Positions 46,952 to 53,146 of a stretch of DNA of 53,146 nt are shown here, piece by piece (within the stretch, counting starts at the first letter, position 1; every line of letters starts with the position of its first letter). A model generated the notes under the pieces. The model made no database searches, was not told the origin of the DNA, and saw only the letters and a program-made list of their open reading frames with translations. The DNA is from Patescibacteria group bacterium. Lineage in GTDB: Bacteria; Patescibacteriota; Patescibacteriia; UBA10025; JAHIVO01. Where the stretch lies: assembly GCA_043808365.1 (NCBI GenBank), contig JAZDEZ010000016.1, forward strand, positions 1 through 53,146. Reading direction: 5' to 3'. Position numbers and translations under genes: made by a program.

Positions 46952-47956
46952 TTATATCTTTTTACCGATTGACTGGCAAATGCGGACCAGGGTATTTGAA
47001 TATCCCCATTCATTGTCATACCAGGCGACGACTTTCAGCAAATCCCCGTCAACAACATTGGTCAGCGATAAATCAACGATGGAAGCATGGGAATTGCCGA
47101 TAAAATCAGATGATACTAGCTCCTCTTCCGTCACATCCAGGACACCCTGATACCTTGGCTCATCTTTTGCCGCTTTGAACGCCGCATTTACTGCATCAAT
47201 TGTCACCGGCTTGCCAACCACCATCGTGATATCAGAGAGAGAGACAATGGGTGTCGGGACGCGGATTGATATGCCGTCAAACTTACCTTTGACCTCTGGC
47301 ACCGTTTCTCCCGTCGCAATCGCCGCGCCTGTTGAGGTGGGGACGATATTCGCCGCGGCTGCGCGGGCCCGGCGGAGATCTTTATGCGGCCCATCCACCA
47401 AATTCTGGTCGGCCGTATATGAATGGATCGTGGTCATCATCGCTTTTTTGATCCCAAATGAGCGATTCACTATTTCAATGACCGGAGCGATGCAGTTAGT
47501 GGTACAGGATGCGTTAGAAATTATTTTTTGGCCCTTAAGTTTCGCGTCATTGACGCCGAGGACGAACGTATCGACACCGCCGCCTTTGGCTGGCGCGGAA
47601 ATCACCACGCGCTGCGCGCCGGCGGCCAGGTGCGACGCCGCCTGTTCCTGTTTGACGAACCGGCCGGTCGACTCTATCACCACGTCAATCTTTAAATCCT
47701 TCCAGGGCAATTTATTCGGCTCCTTCTCCGCCAGGACAGGATACTCTTTCCCGTCGATCACCAATGATTTGCCGTTTGATTTCACCAGCTTTTCGTATTT
47801 GCCGTACACGGTGTCGTACTGCAGCAGATGCGCCAGCGTGGCCGTGTCCGTCAAATCATTGATCGCCGCCACCTCGACGTCAGGCTTGGTCAGGGCGATT
47901 TTGAATGCGGCCCGGCCGATCCGGCCGAATCCGTTAATGGCTAATTTTGTTGTCAT
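46952..47956 (-). CDS. gap: Type I glyceraldehyde-3-phosphate dehydrogenase
   Basis: INGFGRIGR, SNASCTTNC, RRARAAA, WYDNEWGY. Confidence 0.98.
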   Translation of the reverse strand: MTTKLAINGFGRIGRAAFKIALTKPDVEVAAINDLTDTATLAHLLQYDTVYGKYEKLVKSNGKSLVIDGKEYPVLAEKEPNKLPWKDLKIDVVIESTGRFVKQEQAASHLAAGAQRVVISAPAKGGGVDTFVLGVNDAKLKGQKIISNASCTTNCIAPVIEIVNRSFGIKKAMMTTIHSYTADQNLVDGPHKDLRRARAAAANIVPTSTGAAIATGETVPEVKGKFDGISIRVPTPIVSLSDITMVVGKPVTIDAVNAAFKAAKDEPRYQGVLDVTEEELVSSDFIGNSHASIVDLSLTNVVDGDLLKVVAWYDNEWGYSNTLVRICQSIGKKI

Positions 47957-48080
47957 AGTTTTCGTCTATATAAGTCTAATAAATCATTCATAAACGCACA
48001 CGCCCCGTTACTCCGACCCCGTATCCACAATTTCGCTCCGCAAAACGGGGCAGGCAAGTCCGGGGGAGGAGTCATACGGG

Positions 48081-48215
48081 GCCAAAACCATTGATCGCTA
48101 ATTTAATTGGCATAGATATACATTTAAATTGTTTAATAATTCGTTCCCAGTTGCGCCGAGCGTAAACAAGGTGTTATCCAGGGCCGAATCCGTTAATGGC
48201 AAGTCTGATCGGCAT
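48081..48215 (-). pseudogene. Two relic gap 5' ends (11 codons each)
   Basis: 48183-48215 = MPIRLAINGFG; 48081-48113 = MPIKLAINGFG; the live gene starts MTTKLAINGFG. Confidence 0.9.
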
Positions 48216-48233
48216 ACATGTATAAATTACTCA

Positions 48234-49118
48234 TTAAATAATATGTGATTTCTTGACAATGCCGGCACTGCCGAACATTTTGACTTTTTTCTCAACAATC
48301 TCCTGGATGGCCACAATCGACGGGGACAGGAGTTCGCGCGGATCAAATATGGAGGGATCATTATCAAGCGTTTCACGCAATGTTTTGGTAAAAGCAATGC
48401 GCATTTCCGTATCAATGTTTATGATCGTGATGCCGAGCTTCACGCCCTGCTGGATCTGGTCCGCGGCCAAACCGGACGCGCCATGAAGCACCAGCGGGGT
48501 ATGTGGAATCAAACTGTGGATTTTTTGCAGCCGTTCCAGGTCCAGGCCAGGCATCCCCTTCCTCATTTTAATAATGCCATGCACGTTCCCGACCGCGACT
48601 GCCAGGGTATCAACCACAGTTTTCGTGACGAATTCCAGAGCTTCTTCTGGCTTGGTCATGAGTTTGACTCGCTCTTCAGGATCGACTTCTTCCAAGCCTT
48701 TGACCACGCCCAGCTCGCCCTGGGCCAGGACGTTGCGGCGATGGGCGAAATCCACCGACTGCTTGGTCAAAATTATATTTTCAATCAATGGCATTTCGGA
48801 CGCATCCATCATGATCGAAGAAAAACCGGCACGGACGCATTCGGCAACCGACCGGAAACTTCGGCCATGGTCCAGGTGCAATGCGACCGGGACGTTGCCG
48901 GATTCGGCCGCGACCACATTCTGGACAATCGAAGTGATAGCCTTCAGCCCGCCGTATTCAATGCTGGTTTCTGATACCTGCAAAATGACCGGCGACCGCT
49001 GGCGGGCAGCGGCCCGGACCACCCCGAGTGTTGTTTCCAAATTCTCAATATTGAATGCCCCGAGGGCATAGCCCTTGGCCCGGGCATCTTTCAAAAGTTC
49101 CTGGAGGTGTACGAGCAT
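48234..49118 (-). CDS. fba: Class II fructose-bisphosphate aldolase
   Basis: GAFN, LHLDHG, MMDAS, GNVHG, LVLHGASG, INIDT. Confidence 0.95.
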   Translation of the reverse strand: MLVHLQELLKDARAKGYALGAFNIENLETTLGVVRAAARQRSPVILQVSETSIEYGGLKAITSIVQNVVAAESGNVPVALHLDHGRSFRSVAECVRAGFSSIMMDASEMPLIENIILTKQSVDFAHRRNVLAQGELGVVKGLEEVDPEERVKLMTKPEEALEFVTKTVVDTLAVAVGNVHGIIKMRKGMPGLDLERLQKIHSLIPHTPLVLHGASGLAADQIQQGVKLGITIINIDTEMRIAFTKTLRETLDNDPSIFDPRELLSPSIVAIQEIVEKKVKMFGSAGIVKKSHII

Positions 49119-49122
49119 ACGA

Positions 49123-49905
49123 TTACGTATTAACGACTTGGTTTAATATTTTTTGAAAGCTGGCCGCATCCTTGCTGGCGCCGCCAACCAAAATTCCATC
49201 GATATCATCCATCCTGGTAAAACCGTTCACGTTGTCCGGACTGACCGAGCCGCCATAAACGATCACCTGCGTAACTGCCGTATGTTCATCATAGAGATCA
49301 CGGATGACCGTACGGACATACCGGTGCACCACCTGCGCTGATTCCGGAGTGTCCGCCACGCCGCCGGGATTATCCGGGCTGGTGCTGATCGCCCACACCG
49401 GCTCATAAGCAATCAGGATGCGCCGGATCTCATGGCTGCGTACTTCCGCGAGGCATTGATGCAGCTGGCGTTCGACAACCTTCTTAGTCAGGCCGTCTTC
49501 CTTCTCCTGCGCATTTTCACCGATACACAGTATCGGAGACAGTCCGAATTGGAGGGCGAGTCGGACTTTTTGGTTGATCATCTCATCTGTTTCATGAAAA
49601 TAATACCGCCGTTCCGAATGCCCGATGATGACCTGCGAGGCCCCGGCAGTCTGCAACTGTTCGGCGCTCACTTCACCCGTAAACGCGCCGCGAATGTGGA
49701 GGGAAATATCCTGGCCGCCAACGGCGATAGGACGGCCACCGATGAGCCGCTTTACTTTATCAATAAAAACAAACGACGGGCAGATGACTATTTGCGCCGA
49801 CTCCAGCTGGCCGGCGGTCGGCTGGAAATGGCCAAAAAAACGCTCCACGGAGCGGCCTTCGAGGTTCATTTTCCAATTGGCGATAATGTAAGGCTTCTTA
49901 GGCAT
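49123..49905 (-). CDS. tpiA: Triosephosphate isomerase
   Basis: ANWKMN, GAFTGEVS, IGHSERR, AYEPVWAI, YGGSV. Confidence 0.97.
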   Translation of the reverse strand: MPKKPYIIANWKMNLEGRSVERFFGHFQPTAGQLESAQIVICPSFVFIDKVKRLIGGRPIAVGGQDISLHIRGAFTGEVSAEQLQTAGASQVIIGHSERRYYFHETDEMINQKVRLALQFGLSPILCIGENAQEKEDGLTKKVVERQLHQCLAEVRSHEIRRILIAYEPVWAISTSPDNPGGVADTPESAQVVHRYVRTVIRDLYDEHTAVTQVIVYGGSVSPDNVNGFTRMDDIDGILVGGASKDAASFQKILNQVVNT

Positions 49906-50034
49906 AGTCAGATATCAAAAAGTTTACCATTTTCCTCCAGTTTTTACCAGCAAACCTATTAGATATAAAATCAAATAATAAAAAAATAATTTAATGAATT
50001 CTTGATTTTATATCTCTGATATTTGATTTTAAGT

Positions 50035-50967
50035 CTAAATGTACCAGCGCCAATACATCTGCGCCCATTGTAACAAGGATCGCGCCTCCGAAAATCGCGC
50101 CTCGCTGGATGCGCTGCCAAAAAGAACAAGTATTATGTCACGCCCGTTCGCATCAGCCAATGATACGAAATTGTATCCGGACTCATCGATGAACCCTGTC
50201 TTGGCCGCCTTGACAGACACTGTTGCGTCGGATAAAAGCTGGTCAGTGTTAAAAAGCCGGTGAGAGGCTTTAATGCCGGTTGTCGTAAATGAATACTCTT
50301 TTGTGGTTAAAGCTTCCTTGATGCGCGGCTGGTTAAACGCGACCTGTGCCAGCCGGCTGTAATCCCGGACTGTGGAAACATTTCCCGCATCTAGGCCGGT
50401 CACGTCAGCAAATGTAGTCATCCATAAATTAAGGAATTTCGCCTTGTCATTCATGCGCCGGATAAAATCCGTCTCAGGCAGTCCGGTTGACCTCGCTAAT
50501 GCTTTAGTCGCGTTGTTCGCGGAAGAGACCAGGCTGGCCATGAACAGGTCGCGCACTTTTGCCTGTTCGCCGGGCCTGACGATAAGCGTATTGCCGGCTG
50601 TCGTATCAATGTCGATTTTTTCAAACGCCACCTCGCGCTCCCACTCCGGCTGCGTATCCAAAAAAACCAGCGCGGTCATCAGCTTAGTCAGGCTGGCGAG
50701 CGGATGCGGTTCATCAATATTTTTCTTCCATAGTGCGAGCCCGCTGCCGACGTCGAGAACAATCCCCGCATCGGCTGTCAATGGTACCGACGGCCTAGCC
50801 AACGGCGATGTTGCGATTGGGCCGACAAAATCAGCCGCAGTCACCCGCCCCAGGCTAAGCAAAGAATCGGCAACGGCCAGCTGGACGCACTCTGGCTGGA
50901 TGGCCACCGGCCCCTGATACGCCAATCCAAAAATATGTAAAATCACAGCCAATAAAAATACAGGCAT
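50035..50967 (-). CDS. D-alanyl-D-alanine carboxypeptidase/endopeptidase (peptidase S11)
   Basis: ASLTKLMT (SxxK), SAN (SxN), KTG; signal peptide. Confidence 0.92.
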   Translation of the reverse strand: MPVFLLAVILHIFGLAYQGPVAIQPECVQLAVADSLLSLGRVTAADFVGPIATSPLARPSVPLTADAGIVLDVGSGLALWKKNIDEPHPLASLTKLMTALVFLDTQPEWEREVAFEKIDIDTTAGNTLIVRPGEQAKVRDLFMASLVSSANNATKALARSTGLPETDFIRRMNDKAKFLNLWMTTFADVTGLDAGNVSTVRDYSRLAQVAFNQPRIKEALTTKEYSFTTTGIKASHRLFNTDQLLSDATVSVKAAKTGFIDESGYNFVSLADANGRDIILVLFGSASSEARFSEARSLLQWAQMYWRWYI

Positions 50968-50975
50968 AAATATTT

Positions 50976-51569
50976 TTATTTCTCTTCAGTTTTTTCTGCG
51001 GCAGGCGGTGCGGGTTCGTCATTGGACTGCTCAATTTTCTGTTCCAGCAATTTCCTCAAATTCTCGTCAGCATTAAGTTTTTGGTAATCTGGCAATGCCT
51101 CGACCCGATTGACGCCGAGGAATTTCAGCAGATCAAAGGTAATCGTATAAACGGCTGCCATCTTGGCCTGGTCCTCATGGGCTTCGACAAGTCCTTTGAT
51201 CAGCAGATTCCTTAAAATCAAGCTGCAGTTCACCCCTCGGATCTGTTCCAGTTCGGCTTTGGTAATCGGCCCTCGATACGCGACGATGGTCAATGTTTCC
51301 AGGGACGGGCGTGAAAGCTCCCCGCTTTGCTCGGCTTTCACGAAATCCTTGACTAGATAAGCCAGCGCTGGATTAGTGGCCATTTGGTAGGAAGTTCCGG
51401 TTTTAATGATATGGACGCCGCGAGCCGGAATATTCCATTCAGTCATTAATTCCTCTGCCGCAGTCCGCACTTCTTTCGCGTCTTTATTAACAATTTCCGA
51501 CAATTTCGATTCTGACATCGGCCGGCCGGAAATGAAGAGAAGTGATTCGATGAGTTGTTTGGTAGTCAT
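50976..51569 (-). CDS. scpB: SMC-Scp complex subunit ScpB
   Basis: IESLLF, LSRPSLETLTIVAYRGPITKAELEQIRGVN. Confidence 0.95.
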   Translation of the reverse strand: MTTKQLIESLLFISGRPMSESKLSEIVNKDAKEVRTAAEELMTEWNIPARGVHIIKTGTSYQMATNPALAYLVKDFVKAEQSGELSRPSLETLTIVAYRGPITKAELEQIRGVNCSLILRNLLIKGLVEAHEDQAKMAAVYTITFDLLKFLGVNRVEALPDYQKLNADENLRKLLEQKIEQSNDEPAPPAAEKTEEK

Positions 51570-51615
51570 GGTAGTGTTTAATAAACATTAAGTGATTTCC
51601 ATACGATCGAAACAA

Positions 51616-51760
51616 AATTTCTAATGACGAATTTCTTCGGCCAGAGGCTGATCCGCCTCCGACGGAAATTACTAATAAATTTCTAATCCCTGAATGTCTA
51701 ATTGGTCATTAAAATCATTGGAGCTTAATTAGTAATTAGAAATTAGGAATTGGTCATTTC
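51616..51760. repeat. 7-nt-periodic palindromic element between scpA and scpB
   Basis: Very similar to the 32924 copy, including the CGGCCAGAGGCTGATCCGCCTCC..CGGA insert. Confidence 0.75.
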
Positions 51761-51790
51761 TGTTTAGACTATTTCAAACATAAACACTGG

Positions 51791-52522
51791 CTAGATTGTA
51801 TCTTTTACAACTTCTCCCTCTGCGCCCTCAATCTTTTTCACGACAATATCATCAAATACTTTTTCCTGGACCACGGCGACCCAGCGCTGTTTCACCAGCT
51901 CGAGGATGGCTAAAAAGGTGATAATGACCTCTGTCTTGTTCTTGGCCGTTTTCATCAGCTCATTGAACCGTAACGTCGCTTTTGTACTGATCATCTCCTG
52001 GATATTACTGATCCGTTCCCGGATGGAAATGGTTTTAACGATGACATCATGCTCCATGCTGACCCAGACCTCCAGGCTGGCCAGGATATCGGAGAATAGT
52101 TCGTGTAATTTTTCTGTCGTAAGATTTTTTGGGGGATTGAAAACTTTGTCAAACTTCACCACCATCTTTTCCCGTGTGTATGAAAAATGCTTTTTCAATA
52201 TCATCTTATGCAGGACCTTGGAGGCATCGAAGAATTCCTTGTACATCTTCAACTGGCGCTCCAGGTCGGTCCCCTCGTCATCATCGACCGGCAATCCAGG
52301 TAATAATGATTTTGACTTGATCAGCAGGAGTTTTGCCGCGACCACGAGGAAATCCGCCAGCTCCTCCGGCAAGATGCCTTTTGTCTCATTCAGGTACCGC
52401 AGGTACTGGTCAGTCACGTGCGCCAGGGCAATCTGGTTGATGTCCATCTCCTCCTGCTCGATCAATTGCAATAATAAATCCAGCGGCCCTTCGAATTGCT
52501 GTAATTTGAACTTATACGCCAT
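51791..52522 (-). CDS. scpA: Segregation and condensation protein ScpA
   Basis: FEGPLDLLLQLI, ADFLVVAAKLLLIKSKSLLP, TFLAILELVK. Confidence 0.96.
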   Translation of the reverse strand: MAYKFKLQQFEGPLDLLLQLIEQEEMDINQIALAHVTDQYLRYLNETKGILPEELADFLVVAAKLLLIKSKSLLPGLPVDDDEGTDLERQLKMYKEFFDASKVLHKMILKKHFSYTREKMVVKFDKVFNPPKNLTTEKLHELFSDILASLEVWVSMEHDVIVKTISIRERISNIQEMISTKATLRFNELMKTAKNKTEVIITFLAILELVKQRWVAVVQEKVFDDIVVKKIEGAEGEVVKDTI

Positions 52523-52525
52523 GGG

Positions 52526-52993
52526 TTAGGCAATAGTAAATATGAAAACGCCCACGACCGCGATCGTCGCCCAATTCGCGATCGAAATCCAATTATACCG
52601 CCACCAATCAAACCCTTCAAAATGGAAATCCGATACCGGATAAAAAATCCGCGTCGCCCATCTGCCCCGGTGAGTGAATATATCCAAAAAAATATGCAGA
52701 TAATACGGGGCGGCCAACATCCACCCGGTCGGGGTAAAGATAGACACGATAATCGTGACGAATGAAATAGGCAATAAGCTATGCGCCCAATGGTATATAT
52801 GGAGATAGGCGTCACTCGGGTTGTCCCCGAGGCTTTTGCTGACCAGGCCACGGATATATTTCCTTGGATGCCGGACTAATTCATACAACGCCGGGATAAT
52901 ATCCGGCAGGGCGCCCGTCAGCACCGCCCATCCGACCAATCCTGCTTTTCTAACCACGAGCGCCCCCCAGGCGCCATGCGATGCTGTATCCAT
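52526..52993 (-). CDS. Membrane-bound metal-dependent hydrolase (YdjM-like)
   Basis: MDTASH, LPD, HSLL and HIFLDIFTH motifs. Confidence 0.8.
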   Translation of the reverse strand: MDTASHGAWGALVVRKAGLVGWAVLTGALPDIIPALYELVRHPRKYIRGLVSKSLGDNPSDAYLHIYHWAHSLLPISFVTIIVSIFTPTGWMLAAPYYLHIFLDIFTHRGRWATRIFYPVSDFHFEGFDWWRYNWISIANWATIAVVGVFIFTIA

Positions 52994-53146
52994 AAAAAAT
53001 ACTCAATTTTTAAGGCCTCTATTTGGGTTGGGTGAATTCCCTCGGCTTCCAGCCGATAACTTCCAGTGCGTAGCAGACGTGGTAAAATGAAGGCATGACC
53101 AATGAATACCGCAAATCCTCTCATACGCTCTTTAGCATCCAGCTCC

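Noticed and set aside
1384-52529. Many long antisense or alternate-frame ORFs in the track (e.g. 1923-2711, 9500-10282, 21897-23063, 31632-32309, 47175-47993)
   Set aside because: They are shadows of well-supported genes on the opposite strand, with no motifs or start signals.
1-53146. Complete DGR (RT, Avd, template repeat) or an integrase-bearing island or prophage in the window
   Set aside because: I found no RT, no A-rich copy of the variable region, no integrase and no phage structural genes. The YvlD-type 'holin' is a common chromosomal membrane protein.
52918-53146. Open frame at the right window edge
   Set aside because: It overlaps the next gene, has no recognisable motif and is truncated, so it cannot be called.
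1-53146. Alternative genetic code (TGA=Gly as in Gracilibacteria/SR1)
   Set aside because: Conserved genes are full length under code 11 and several end in TGA.

Overview
The window looks like chromosomal DNA of a Patescibacteria/CPR (Parcubacteria-like) organism. This is an inference from the TraG/VirD4-like ATPase, the many conserved hypotheticals, apparently leaderless core genes and dense short palindromes. Genetic code 11 fits, and most genes are on the minus strand. Core content: purB, guaB, a PPP phosphatase with a DAGK-family kinase, dnaX, two CorA transporters, cysS, a split hrcA-grpE-hsp20-dnaK...dnaJ heat-shock locus with a perfect CIRCE, gap-fba-tpiA, a D,D-carboxypeptidase, scpAB, and tRNA-Pro(CGG), tRNA-Gln(CTG) and tRNA-Glu(CTC). 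The strongest non-obvious signal is repeated 'terminus replacement'. Each intact tRNA, and gap, sits beside dead copies of its own ends, broken at recurring positions by 20-50 bp palindromic inserts without obvious target duplication. In the extreme case the intact tRNA-Gln is nested inside a palindromic insert in the anticodon loop of an older tRNA-Gln that is interrupted four times. Also notable: a likely remote DGR target gene (no RT or template repeat in the window), two promoter-backed structured ncRNA candidates, several 7-nt-periodic intergenic elements, a purA remnant, a membrane-anchored single-ring Clp ATPase, a FabH-like enzyme and a Kunitz-like surface protein. All calls come from reading the sequence; no database searches were run.
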